Source: a virus
IMG/VR virus record: IMGVR_UViG_3300030102_006951
Coordinates: 94,421-158,420 of that record
Strand: one strand, 5' to 3'
Length of the DNA: 64,000 nt
The first letter of the stretch is position 1; every line of letters begins with the position of its first letter. Shown piece by piece: positions 19,719 through 30,204 of this stretch. Under the pieces are notes generated by a model. The model saw nothing but the letters and a program-made list of their open reading frames with translations. It was not told where the DNA came from and searched no databases. Position numbers and translations under genes: made by a program.

Positions 19719-21395
19719 ATGGGTTTTAAGACAAAATTAGATTATTCAGATAATAGACAAATAAGACAAACAGAGAAAACCTCTACCACTCTATCTGGTG
19801 CAACAGTGTTTGGTATACCATTTAGTGGGTTAACAACTGGACCCGATTTATCAGCTACTGGTGATACTAGTGAATTTAGTTTAGTTATCAGTACATTTAG
19901 TGGTAATAATACAACTACAAATTTTACTTGGTTTGACCCTAGTATGGATATTGTCAACCCAACCGTTTCGGCTATAACTCCAGTTACTAGTGGTGTTACG
20001 CAAGAAATTGTACCCGTTTTTGGCCCTTCTACCACTGCGACCACGGTTGATGGGTATGATGTGGTTTTATCTTACAGTGGAGTTGGTTTTGATTTAACAG
20101 TTACTAATATAATTAGCGGTGCTGGACCAACTTATATTGGTACTGTTGTTCATAACTTAGTAACATTTTATAGTGCTGCAACATTAGATTTCCTGGGTAG
20201 ACCTATTTGGGTTGACAATCCAGAAATAACAAGAACTAATAGGCTTATAGTCAAAAACAATCCGACCATTGGTTATGTTTTAACTTGTGATACGGCTGAA
20301 GGGGAGGCTGTGTGGGGTCCTGTATCTGGTACATCGTCTTCTGGTGTAACATTCTGGGAGGAAGGTGGTACTGGTAATACAGCAATTAAAGACAATAAAG
20401 GTACTCATACGATTAATGGTACTTCAAACAACTCCATGATAACTGGTGGGCTTAACAATATGGTTAAAACTTCATTAGGTACTGGAATTTTAAGTGGTAG
20501 GGGAAATTCAATAGAGGATTTGGCTAATTATTCTACCATTATTGGTGGTTTAGATAATAAAATTGAAAATTCTCAAAGGTCATCAATTATAGGTGGTAAT
20601 CAAAATATATTGATTGGAGCTTCTAACTCCACTATTTTAGGTGGTGAAGATATTACTGGAACATCTAATAATACCGTTTATGTGGATAATTTAGATATTA
20701 AAAATGATTTAGTAATTAATAATTTAGGTTCTGGCCCAGGTACTACAGATTTAGGTGTTGACGCAACTGGCGTTGTTGTGGACCAAGCATCAGATATAAA
20801 TTTAAAAGAAAATATTAATACAATAGAAAACGCATTAGACAAGGTTTTAAGCTTGAGAGGTGTGACATACAACTGGAAAGATAGACAAAGGGGTGGTAAC
20901 GACTTAAGAATGGGATTTATTGCTCAAGAAGTTGATGATGTCGAACCCAATTTATCTTATATGGGAACTTCTGGTTTTATGGGTGTACATTACAAAGATT
21001 TTCCAGCGCTTATTGTTGAAGCAATAAAAGAATTAGTTAATAATAAAAAAATAACTTTTAATAAAGAGGAGTTAATTTTTGAGACTCAAACAATAGCTTC
21101 GGAAGATAATAATATAGAGTTAAATTATAATGGTACTCATGAGTCATCTATTGATGGTGGTATTACTGTAGTTAAGGGAATTGATGAAGATAATGATTCC
21201 ACATTCGTAGTTGATTCTGTGGGTGATTGGATTACAAATACACACTTAAAACCAAGTGGTTTAGTTATTCCAGAATATACGCCAACATCGACTGAAGATT
21301 TAAACGGTAAGGTTGGTGAAATAAAGTGGGATGACAAATACTTATATGTAAAGACCAATAATGGTTGGAAAAGGTCTGGACTTGAAACATTTTAG
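19719..21395 (+). CDS. tail fibre-like protein with intramolecular chaperone (peptidase S74) domain
   Basis: S/T/G-rich N-half, GG-xx-N beta-helix repeats, SDINLKENINTIENALDKVLSLRGVTYNWKD..GFIAQEV. Confidence 0.8.
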   Translation: MGFKTKLDYSDNRQIRQTEKTSTTLSGATVFGIPFSGLTTGPDLSATGDTSEFSLVISTFSGNNTTTNFTWFDPSMDIVNPTVSAITPVTSGVTQEIVPVFGPSTTATTVDGYDVVLSYSGVGFDLTVTNIISGAGPTYIGTVVHNLVTFYSAATLDFLGRPIWVDNPEITRTNRLIVKNNPTIGYVLTCDTAEGEAVWGPVSGTSSSGVTFWEEGGTGNTAIKDNKGTHTINGTSNNSMITGGLNNMVKTSLGTGILSGRGNSIEDLANYSTIIGGLDNKIENSQRSSIIGGNQNILIGASNSTILGGEDITGTSNNTVYVDNLDIKNDLVINNLGSGPGTTDLGVDATGVVVDQASDINLKENINTIENALDKVLSLRGVTYNWKDRQRGGNDLRMGFIAQEVDDVEPNLSYMGTSGFMGVHYKDFPALIVEAIKELVNNKKITFNKEELIFETQTIASEDNNIELNYNGTHESSIDGGITVVKGIDEDNDSTFVVDSVGDWITNTHLKPSGLVIPEYTPTSTEDLNGKVGEIKWDDKYLYVKTNNGWKRSGLETF

Positions 21396-21397
21396 TA

Positions 21398-23113
21398 ATG
21401 AGTAATTTAAAAAATTATAATTTTAATAAGATTGATACTTACTTAAGTGAAAGTGAGTACTATGATTTTTATTTAGCTCAAGATGAGATAGCCTCACCAT
21501 GCGTTTGTGATGATTCAATCAATAACGAATGCTTAGTTGTGCACTACGACTTTAACAACCCTAATATATATTCAACTGGTATTACTTCAGCTAATACAAT
21601 ATATAGTTTATCTACTTGGTCTGAAGCTTTTAACACTGGTCACACGTTTGAAACATTCGGTTTAACTGGAATTGACAACGGGTATATTGAATATATTAAA
21701 GAAATTGGTGATAATAAAAATACTGGGTTAACTAAAACTATTACTGGTACAACAACTGTAATACCTTCTGGAGATACAAGATTAACATTAAATATAGTTA
21801 GTGGATATACTGGTCAATATATTTACCCAACTGAAATAATAGAAGACTATGGTGTGTTAGGTGATTACCTTTCACTTTGTGGTGGATTTTATCAAGGTTA
21901 TTATAAACTAGATGGTTATTCATATGAGGTATTACCTACGAGGGTTCCAGAGGCTTGGGTTGCCGATTTTTGGTTAAATAAAACAGAGGCTTTATGTTCT
22001 TCAGTTACTGGAACTACATTAAATGATAAGTATCCAAATAATAAAGGGTTTTTCTTTTATATGGGTACTAGGGCTGAAAACAAGTATTGGAATGTTTTTA
22101 GTGGTAATAGTAGTGGTTGTGTAAGTGGTTGTACATCAGGTACTGGTTGTACTGGAACGGTTGAAACCTTTTGTACAGTGCCTAAGGAAACAGACGTTTC
22201 TTTTGTTGGTAGTGAGGGGTTTCCAATTAATTTATCTCCACCACCTTTAGAGATAGACGAAATAAGAAATCAGTTCTTAATATATGGTTACGCAGATGAA
22301 AATAAGTGTCATAAGTGTGGTTCTTCAATGGATGGTTATGCTACTAGAAGGGTTTGTGAATTTAGTGGTGATTCAATAACTGTGACTGCTTATACTCAAG
22401 AGGTTACTAATTATCAGAACCCGTTTTTGGTGTATGGTCAGGCTGGTAGTAATGCCAGATGTGGTAAATGTGGTCATATAAATACAGATTATGGAGACAA
22501 GACTGTTTGTGATTTTAGTGGTTTTACTTCAGACTTACTGGAATTAGATAAAGATAACGATATTGTGGATAATGCTATAGGTTTCAGAGTTAAAGATGAT
22601 GGTAGTATAGGTTATAGGTATTTATCTTTAACTGGTAAATGTGATGGTGATGATTATATTAGCGGTGTAACCGTAAATGAAGAATATTCATTACCAGGAG
22701 TTGTTAAAGATGACGAATGGACTAATATAACAATAAGATTTACTATGCCAGAATATGATGAGTGTGATTTAAAACACGGTGATAGAAGAAAAGGTAAGTT
22801 AATGTTTTATATTAATTCAAAATTAAAATTTGTTTCAGATGAAGTCGATGAGTTCATAGCTAAAAGACTTTATGAATATAAAGATAAACAGTTAGGTGTT
22901 CCGTTTAATATTAGTTTGGGTGGCGGTTCACAAGGCTTATTAGAGTCAATGACTTTTGACGGTCAAGACCCAGATGATTTATCACTTATAATAGAAAATA
23001 ATTTTGCTGGAACATTCATTGGAAATGTTTCTCAATTTAAATTTTTTACTTGTAATGTGAATTGGTGTGAAATTACACATATTTATAATAAAAATAAAGT
23101 TAGATATAATTAA
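21398..23113 (+). CDS. virion structural protein with LamG/ConA-like C-terminal region
   Basis: WTNITIRF..KLMFYINSKL..NISLGGG..FIGNVSQFKFF pattern; Cys-rich. Confidence 0.55.
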   Translation: MSNLKNYNFNKIDTYLSESEYYDFYLAQDEIASPCVCDDSINNECLVVHYDFNNPNIYSTGITSANTIYSLSTWSEAFNTGHTFETFGLTGIDNGYIEYIKEIGDNKNTGLTKTITGTTTVIPSGDTRLTLNIVSGYTGQYIYPTEIIEDYGVLGDYLSLCGGFYQGYYKLDGYSYEVLPTRVPEAWVADFWLNKTEALCSSVTGTTLNDKYPNNKGFFFYMGTRAENKYWNVFSGNSSGCVSGCTSGTGCTGTVETFCTVPKETDVSFVGSEGFPINLSPPPLEIDEIRNQFLIYGYADENKCHKCGSSMDGYATRRVCEFSGDSITVTAYTQEVTNYQNPFLVYGQAGSNARCGKCGHINTDYGDKTVCDFSGFTSDLLELDKDNDIVDNAIGFRVKDDGSIGYRYLSLTGKCDGDDYISGVTVNEEYSLPGVVKDDEWTNITIRFTMPEYDECDLKHGDRRKGKLMFYINSKLKFVSDEVDEFIAKRLYEYKDKQLGVPFNISLGGGSQGLLESMTFDGQDPDDLSLIIENNFAGTFIGNVSQFKFFTCNVNWCEITHIYNKNKVRYN

Positions 23114-23122
23114 ACAAAAAAA

Positions 23123-26100
23123 ATGGCAAATAATAGGTTAATACTTAGAAAGATGGTTAGTCCATGGGTTACAGACGCTGTGGATATAACAAGAAATACA
23201 ACATTAACACATGTTGAACTGGATAGTAATTTTATTTACTTAAAGGGTGAGGTGATAGAATCAGCATCTTTAGATGGTGGTAAATTATCTTTAGGTAAAA
23301 TTAATGGTGGCTCCATAGAAGTTGATATGGGTTCATTATCTGGTGATACAGCACACACCGTTAATTTATTGAATGAATTAAAAAATGAATTAGAGGCTAA
23401 TGTTCTTTGGGAGGCTGGTTCTTCTGGAAGAAAATCAATTAGACGTAAAAATGATACTCAAATTGATTCAAGAGGTAGTTATTCTCTTTCTGAGGGTAAA
23501 AATACTTTAGCTAGTGGTGACGCTTCACACGCTGAAGGTGACGGAACTGTAGCTAGTGGTAAGGCTTCACATTCTGAAGGTACTAATACTGAGGCTAGTG
23601 GAGGTAATTCACACGCTGAAGGTTTTAGTAATGTTGCTAGTGGTAACAATTCACACGCTGAAGGTTCAGATAACGTAGCTAGTGGTAACAATTCACACGC
23701 TGAAGGTTCAGATAACGTAGCTAGTGGAGTCGCTTCACATGCTGAGGGTACTGGTAGTGTTGCTTCTGGTAATGCTTCACATGCTGAAGGTTCTGAGACT
23801 GTGGCTAGTGGAGTCGCTTCACATGCTGGAGGCTCTGTAAGCGAGGCTAATGGTGATGTTTCTTTTGTACATTCTAATAATTCAAATTCAGATGGTAAAA
23901 GAAGTGCTATTTTAGGTGGTGATGATAATTTTGTTGAATCTGGAGGTCAAAACTCTGGTGTGTATGTCGGCTTAAGTAATAGAGTTTTAGGTGTTAATTA
24001 TGAAGATATTGTTAATAAACTAAAAGTTGAATTAGATAATTCAATTTCTAATAGGGCAAATGATAAAAAAGTATTTGATGACGCTAAAGAAACTCTTGAA
24101 ATAAAAATTGAACACGCTGATAAAAATATAAAGTTAAATGCATTGGATATTGAAGCTTACAAAGCTGATATTTCTGAAATAGATGCGGAAATTGGTAAAT
24201 TGGATGAAAACTCCAAAGAGGCTTTAGCATTACAAGACTTAAGAGATAAAAAAGAATCTGAATTAAAAATGAAGGAAGAAGAGAATGCCACTCTTTTAAT
24301 TGAAAAAGAAAATTCAGAAAAAGAATTAAAAAAATTAATTGAAGATGAAAATGATGCTGTTAAGCTATTTGAACAAACATCTTTAAAATTACAAGCTGAA
24401 ATAAAATACAATGAAACTCTTTTAGAAACTGAAGATAATCATCCACCAGTTAATTCAGCTATTATAGCTGGTAAAGACAATATGATTGATAGTTCTTCTG
24501 ACTCAATTGTTGGCGCTGGTAGTGATAACGTACTAAAAACTGAAGTTAAAAATTCGGGGATATTTGCTGGTTCAGAAAATGAGATAAGTGGTGATGAATA
24601 TTCAAAATTAATTAAACAATTAAAATATGAATTGTCAGTGGCAAATGAAACTCATGATTATAAAACTTCAATATTAAAGGAAGAAATTGATTCATTAAAA
24701 GAAGAAATAGCTTTTACTAAGTTTACTATTGATAACACTAAAAAAGAAATTGCTGAACTAACAAAGGAATGTGAAGGTGAAGGCACTAATAATGGTGGTC
24801 TGGCCTTATTACAAGAAGATGAGAGTGCGTGTGAAAAGTTGAAGATAGCTAACGCTAATTTAGAAAAATTATCGAAAAAATTAGAAGATTTAAATGAAAC
24901 GCTAAAATCATTAGAAGATGAACTTTCTACCATAAATGAAAAACATGCGTCTTATCAGAAATTTATTACAGAAAAAATAGCTGAATTATCCGCTATATGT
25001 TCTGATGATAAAAACGCACCTGTAGATAACTCTGCAATTATTGCTGGGGCTAATAATCAAATTACTTTATTAAGTGATAACTCTGCTATTGTTGGTGGTC
25101 AAGGAAATAGGATAATGAATTTATCAAATACGGTAATACTTGGTGGTGGAGATATTACTGCGAGAAAAGATAATACCGTGTATACACCTAGCCTTAATAT
25201 TAAAGCTAATCTTGATAGAGATAATTCTTTAACTCAAGTATTAGTTAGGGATGCTGATGGTTATATTAAGTATAAAGATGTTAGTTCGTTTACAGATTTA
25301 AATGTTGTTAGTGGTTCTTATGACCCAGAAACTGGAACTGTAACTATGACTAATAATGAAGGTGATACATTTGAGATAACTGGTTTCGCAAAAGAATTAA
25401 CTGATAGCTACACTACAAATGCATATATAGAAGGTTCTACAATGTATTTTGATAATAACGTCAAAGGTGAAAAATTTTATAGCGTTGATATAAGTAGTTT
25501 AATAGCTGAAGATGAAAAGGGTGATTGTGCTGAAGATAAATGGAAAGAATATAATGACCAAGCCGACTTATATTCAGAGTATCTTAAACTAAAATTAATT
25601 AGTGATGAGATTAAAGAAGACATAGATGATAAAGAAGCTGAGCTAAAAAAATTACAAGGTCATCATTGTTCAACTCCTGGTTATATAATAGAAAGTCTTA
25701 ATATATTAGGTGATATTGTTTCCATAGATGGATTTGCAGATAAATACCAAGACCTTAAAAATTTATCTAAACAAGAGGGTGATGGTAATATTATGCATGC
25801 TATTAACTCATTAATTAACTATCTTGGTGATTTAGATTTAGAAGGTTTAGGTGATGAAGATAAAAAAACTATTGAATCGTTTATATCGGCTAATAAAGAG
25901 CGTTTAGCAGCAATGCTTGGATATAATTCAGAATTATATGATTTGTATATTGAATTATATGGTAGATATCAAGCTGGTGAAATTATCAATTGGGATAATG
26001 ATAAGAATAAATTACAGGTAGAGCTTTTCAATCTAAGAGATACTATAAATCAAATTATTAATGATTTGAATGGTCTTACAAATATATTAACTCCATCAGA

Positions 26101-29100
26101 TGTAGATGCTATACAGGTGTATATTGATGAGTTAATTGATTCTGGCATGCCAGAAGACCCAGCATTAATTAAACAAATTAAGGAATTAATAAGTCTATTA
26201 GACGGATTAAATAAGTTGTTAAAAGATAATGAAGATAATCTAAATAAGTTCATTGAAGAGCATAACTTTTTTGATATAGTAAGTTTTGGAGCTTATATGC
26301 CAATTAATGACACTAACTTTGATTGTTGGGCTTTAAGTCAATTAGAAGACAGGATTGAAGAGTGTTGTACTGGTGGAGAAGAAGAAGTAAGGGGTAAATG
26401 TTCTGAAGCCCTTTATGCACAATATCAAAAACAAGCTTCTGAATATAGTAAAATTAAAGCTAGTTACGATACTTTATTAGCTACTCAATTAGAATTAAAA
26501 GAATCTATTTCTTTAGGTAAATTAGAGTTAGAAGGGTTGATGACCCAAATTAGTGATACTCAAGAGCAAATAATTACACTTGAAAAAGAGTGTGAAGCTT
26601 TTAGTAATCCTTCTGGACTAGCCTTATTGGAAGACCCACAAATTAACCCGTGTGAAGAGCTGGGTAAAACAAAAACACTTTTATTGAATTTACAATCACA
26701 ATTAAAAGAACTCGCTGCTGATATTAAAGAAAAAGAAAAATCTTTAGGTGAAATCGAAATTCAAATGGGGGCTATAGAAGAATCAGAAATATTAGAATTT
26801 GAAGTTTATATGCCAGTTAATGAAGTTAATTTTGATTGTTGGACTGAGAATGAGTTAAAAATAGATTTAGAGACTCAAATAACTAAAATTCTAGAAACAA
26901 TTGGTTACGATTCTAGAGGTGAGTGTTCTGATGAACATTACAATGAATATAAAAAGTTAGTTAGTGAATTAATCAAATCAAATGAGGTTATTGAAACTAA
27001 ACGTAAAGAATTAGCTGAGAATAATTTAATAAAAACAGAACTTGAAAAAGAGATTGATGACCTTGAGAAAGCGTGTGCCGAATTCAAAGCAAGCCAAGCC
27101 GATAAAAAGGCATTAAGTTTATTAGACCACGCGGAGTTTGAAAATAATCCTTGTAATACGCTTATGGGTAAAATAGAAATTTTGGATTCTATAAATAAAC
27201 AGATAGAAGACCAAATTAATTTTATTGATGCTTGGGAATCGTCTAGTGATTATGACTTATTTAACAGATACGCACCAATTAATGAGGTTAACTTTATTTG
27301 TTGGAGGATTGACCAATGTTGTAGTGAGGAAGAAGAAAAGGGCCCATGTGCTACTGAAAAATGGAAAGAATACACATCCTTAGGTGAACAGTATCTAGAA
27401 TATGAGAAAATACAGTCTCAAATTGATGTTATTGATAAACAAATATCAGATAAAGAATCTGAAATTGATTCGTTATTAGAAAATCTTGGTTATATACCAA
27501 AAAGTCAGGCTATGTTGTCCCCAGCTAATATTATTTTTGCTGGTGATGATGATGATGATGGTAAGTCTTTAAAATTATTATTAGAAGAGGATTTTAATCC
27601 TTTAAAATTATTATTATTAGAAAAAGATGGTGATGATGATAAATTAACTGGAAGTATTCGTTTTCGTGATTGGTGGTGTTGTAGAATTCAGAAAAACCCA
27701 GCTTGCTGTTATTTATTTGGTAAAAAATTATTTGGTAAACTTCAAAATATAGGTGGAGTTGGTATTGAGCCAGATGATAATATTTTTGGTGCTGTTAAAG
27801 GATTGAAGGCTGAAATTGATAGTTTAAATAAAACCTCAGCAAGTGGTGACGGTCAAGTAAATATTCCAACTGAATTTTCGAATATGTTAATTGAGTTGAC
27901 AAAAATGGAAGAACAAACTGTAGCTTTGAATAGTCAATATTTTAATAGTATTAAAATATTTGAGGAAGAGGGTGATGCTAAGTCGGCTTATACAAATCCT
28001 AAAATAAGTGGTTACCTTACAGATTTAGATAAAGGTTCGAAAGAATTACAAACTCAATTGGATTCACTGCCTGATGGTTCGGATACTAATGGTCAGTTAC
28101 AAAAACTTATCAACGACTTAAGTCGCAAAGAAACTGAATTTGATTCACAATTAACATCATTAATTAATGATTTAGATGATTTAATTAAACTAAGGGACGT
28201 CTTAATTGAGTCATTAGCCACTTTAGGTGATGTATCAGGTTTTGGAGCTTATATGCCAATTAATGACACTAACTTTGATTGTTGGGCTTTAAGTCAATTA
28301 GAAGACAGGATTGAAGAGTGTTGTGCTGAAGACGTAAAAGGTGAATGTGCTAGTGAAAAATATGCTAGCTATAAAAAACAAGCTCTTGAATATGAAGAAC
28401 GTCAACAAGAAAATTTAGTTAGAGAGACTGAATTAAATAAAATTAATAATGAAATATCGGATAAAGAGAATCAATTAGCTGCATTAAAGGCAGAACTATT
28501 GAACTGTGAAAGTCAGGGTGCTGCGTTGGCATTATTGGAAGACCAAGACCCTTGTGATTTTTTAAAAGGCCAAATTGCTAAGTTGGAGGCTGAAATTAAA
28601 GCCCTTAAAGCCTCAGCGAAAAGCATTAGTGATGAAATTAAGGAATATAATGATTCGGGAGCTGAAGAATGGCTTAATAGGTTTATGCCAATTAATGAAG
28701 TTAATTTTGATTGTTGGACTGAGAATGAGTTAAAAATAAATTTAGAGGCTCAAATAACTAAAATTGTAGAAACAATTGGTTACGGTGATAGAGGTACTTG
28801 TTCTAGTGATAAATACAAGCTTTATCGAGATAAATTAAGCGATGCAGCTAATATTATTGAAAAACAGGGTATTATTGATGATTGTAAAGATAATATTGTA
28901 AGCTGGGAATCGACCATTTCAGATTATGAAGCTTTAATTGCGAAACTTAGTTCGCAAATTCCTGTTGATGTTAGTCAGATTGCAGTGTTAAAGTCTAATA
29001 TTGATGAATTGAAAAAAGATATTAATTCATGTAAAGAAAACATCAATACAAACGAAAAGGAAATTAGAGGTTTACTTGAAAGTAGTGAATGGGCAGATAT

Positions 29101-30190
29101 TACTGAAGTTAAAAGTTTCATATCAGCTTATGGTCCAGATAACGAAGTTAACTTTGATTGTTGGTCTGAGCAGCAGATTATAGATAAGGTTGGTTATGAG
29201 AATAGAGGTGAGTGTTCTAATGAAGCTTATGCTACTTATTTGGATGAAGCTAGGGAAGCTGAAGAAGCTAACGCAGCTTATGAAGCACAAAAAGCTGATT
29301 TAGAAAGAGCTGAAAATGAATTATCGGACAAACAGACTAGATTAGCTGAATTAAAGGCAAAACTAGTAGAGTTAGGCTGTAATGATGCTCAGAATAGTGA
29401 TGGGTTGAAATTATTGCAAGAGCCAGACACTTGTGATGATATTATAGCTCAAATTCAGCTACTTGAGAATGAAATTAAGGCCGATAAAGAAAATATTAAG
29501 AGTTTAAATAATCAAATTAAGGAACATGAAGCTAGCGATGCTTATATTTTCAATGAAAGATACATGCCAGTTAATGAGGTTAACTTCATTTGTTGGGAAA
29601 ACGACAACATTAAGGAACAATTAGATAGAGTTGAATCTAAAATAGATGAATGTTGTCAAACATCTATGGCATACGATTTTGAAAGCGCCTTAACTGAGCT
29701 TAGAGGTAAGGAAGGTAAGGGTGATGCTAATATAGTAGTTGGTAAATTCCCTAAAGTTTATGAAGCTTTTGAAGCTAACCCTAAATTTATTATGGGTGAT
29801 TATGATGAACTTGTAGATATAAATAGTTCATTAGAGTCAAATAAAGATATTATAGTTTCGATGATTGGTAATGATGCCAATTTAATTGAGAGTTTTAATA
29901 ATACAAAAGTAGTTACTGAAACATTAATGGCTGAAGTTATAAAAACGAAAGATGAAACTATTAATGGACTTAATGGAAAAATTGCTTTATATCAATCACA
30001 AATTAAAGCGTTAAAAGATTCAGGTGGAAAGTTAAATACTGATAATATAGAAGACCACGTTAAGTCTATAGAAGCTGAAAGAACCTCCAAAAATAAGTTA
30101 TATGAATATATGACCACTAATTTACAAACGTTCAAAAGTGCTATTAGTGACATTTTAGATGCTTATGAGGCTACAAAAAAAGTAGGTTAA
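23123..30190 (+). CDS. giant (2355 aa) fibre-like protein: YadA-like head repeats plus Cys-clamped coiled-coil modules
   Basis: N-terminal anchor shared with 30205 and 33426; ASGxxSHAEG repeats; seven [RK]GxC...[YF]xPxN(E/D)xNFxCW modules. Confidence 0.75.
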   Translation: MANNRLILRKMVSPWVTDAVDITRNTTLTHVELDSNFIYLKGEVIESASLDGGKLSLGKINGGSIEVDMGSLSGDTAHTVNLLNELKNELEANVLWEAGSSGRKSIRRKNDTQIDSRGSYSLSEGKNTLASGDASHAEGDGTVASGKASHSEGTNTEASGGNSHAEGFSNVASGNNSHAEGSDNVASGNNSHAEGSDNVASGVASHAEGTGSVASGNASHAEGSETVASGVASHAGGSVSEANGDVSFVHSNNSNSDGKRSAILGGDDNFVESGGQNSGVYVGLSNRVLGVNYEDIVNKLKVELDNSISNRANDKKVFDDAKETLEIKIEHADKNIKLNALDIEAYKADISEIDAEIGKLDENSKEALALQDLRDKKESELKMKEEENATLLIEKENSEKELKKLIEDENDAVKLFEQTSLKLQAEIKYNETLLETEDNHPPVNSAIIAGKDNMIDSSSDSIVGAGSDNVLKTEVKNSGIFAGSENEISGDEYSKLIKQLKYELSVANETHDYKTSILKEEIDSLKEEIAFTKFTIDNTKKEIAELTKECEGEGTNNGGLALLQEDESACEKLKIANANLEKLSKKLEDLNETLKSLEDELSTINEKHASYQKFITEKIAELSAICSDDKNAPVDNSAIIAGANNQITLLSDNSAIVGGQGNRIMNLSNTVILGGGDITARKDNTVYTPSLNIKANLDRDNSLTQVLVRDADGYIKYKDVSSFTDLNVVSGSYDPETGTVTMTNNEGDTFEITGFAKELTDSYTTNAYIEGSTMYFDNNVKGEKFYSVDISSLIAEDEKGDCAEDKWKEYNDQADLYSEYLKLKLISDEIKEDIDDKEAELKKLQGHHCSTPGYIIESLNILGDIVSIDGFADKYQDLKNLSKQEGDGNIMHAINSLINYLGDLDLEGLGDEDKKTIESFISANKERLAAMLGYNSELYDLYIELYGRYQAGEIINWDNDKNKLQVELFNLRDTINQIINDLNGLTNILTPSDVDAIQVYIDELIDSGMPEDPALIKQIKELISLLDGLNKLLKDNEDNLNKFIEEHNFFDIVSFGAYMPINDTNFDCWALSQLEDRIEECCTGGEEEVRGKCSEALYAQYQKQASEYSKIKASYDTLLATQLELKESISLGKLELEGLMTQISDTQEQIITLEKECEAFSNPSGLALLEDPQINPCEELGKTKTLLLNLQSQLKELAADIKEKEKSLGEIEIQMGAIEESEILEFEVYMPVNEVNFDCWTENELKIDLETQITKILETIGYDSRGECSDEHYNEYKKLVSELIKSNEVIETKRKELAENNLIKTELEKEIDDLEKACAEFKASQADKKALSLLDHAEFENNPCNTLMGKIEILDSINKQIEDQINFIDAWESSSDYDLFNRYAPINEVNFICWRIDQCCSEEEEKGPCATEKWKEYTSLGEQYLEYEKIQSQIDVIDKQISDKESEIDSLLENLGYIPKSQAMLSPANIIFAGDDDDDGKSLKLLLEEDFNPLKLLLLEKDGDDDKLTGSIRFRDWWCCRIQKNPACCYLFGKKLFGKLQNIGGVGIEPDDNIFGAVKGLKAEIDSLNKTSASGDGQVNIPTEFSNMLIELTKMEEQTVALNSQYFNSIKIFEEEGDAKSAYTNPKISGYLTDLDKGSKELQTQLDSLPDGSDTNGQLQKLINDLSRKETEFDSQLTSLINDLDDLIKLRDVLIESLATLGDVSGFGAYMPINDTNFDCWALSQLEDRIEECCAEDVKGECASEKYASYKKQALEYEERQQENLVRETELNKINNEISDKENQLAALKAELLNCESQGAALALLEDQDPCDFLKGQIAKLEAEIKALKASAKSISDEIKEYNDSGAEEWLNRFMPINEVNFDCWTENELKINLEAQITKIVETIGYGDRGTCSSDKYKLYRDKLSDAANIIEKQGIIDDCKDNIVSWESTISDYEALIAKLSSQIPVDVSQIAVLKSNIDELKKDINSCKENINTNEKEIRGLLESSEWADITEVKSFISAYGPDNEVNFDCWSEQQIIDKVGYENRGECSNEAYATYLDEAREAEEANAAYEAQKADLERAENELSDKQTRLAELKAKLVELGCNDAQNSDGLKLLQEPDTCDDIIAQIQLLENEIKADKENIKSLNNQIKEHEASDAYIFNERYMPVNEVNFICWENDNIKEQLDRVESKIDECCQTSMAYDFESALTELRGKEGKGDANIVVGKFPKVYEAFEANPKFIMGDYDELVDINSSLESNKDIIVSMIGNDANLIESFNNTKVVTETLMAEVIKTKDETINGLNGKIALYQSQIKALKDSGGKLNTDNIEDHVKSIEAERTSKNKLYEYMTTNLQTFKSAISDILDAYEATKKVG
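23636..23727 (+). repeat. 42-bp perfect tandem repeat within YadA-like 14-aa repeats
   Basis: gctagtggtaacaattcacacgctgaaggttcagataacgta x2 plus a partial copy. Confidence 0.9.
26283..26368 (+). repeat. 86-bp perfect direct repeat, copy 1 (copy 2 at 28239-28324)
   Basis: Identical sequence encoding FGAYMPINDTNFDCWALSQLEDRIEECC. Confidence 0.9.
26809..26909 (+). repeat. 101-bp direct repeat, copy 1 (copy 2 at 28684-28784; 4 mismatches)
   Basis: Encodes MPxNEVNFDCWTENELKIxLExQITKIxETIGY. Confidence 0.88.
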
Positions 30191-30204
30191 ATAGAATTAT
30201 TTAA

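Noticed and set aside
26283-28784. Diversity-generating retroelement TR/VR pair
   Set aside because: Both copies are inside one ORF, one pair is identical, the other's mismatches are not adenine-specific, and no reverse transcriptase is seen
23123-30190. Tape-measure protein or SMC-like ATPase
   Set aside because: It has a fibre anchor and YadA-like repeats, no Walker motifs, and is not located after the tube/hub genes
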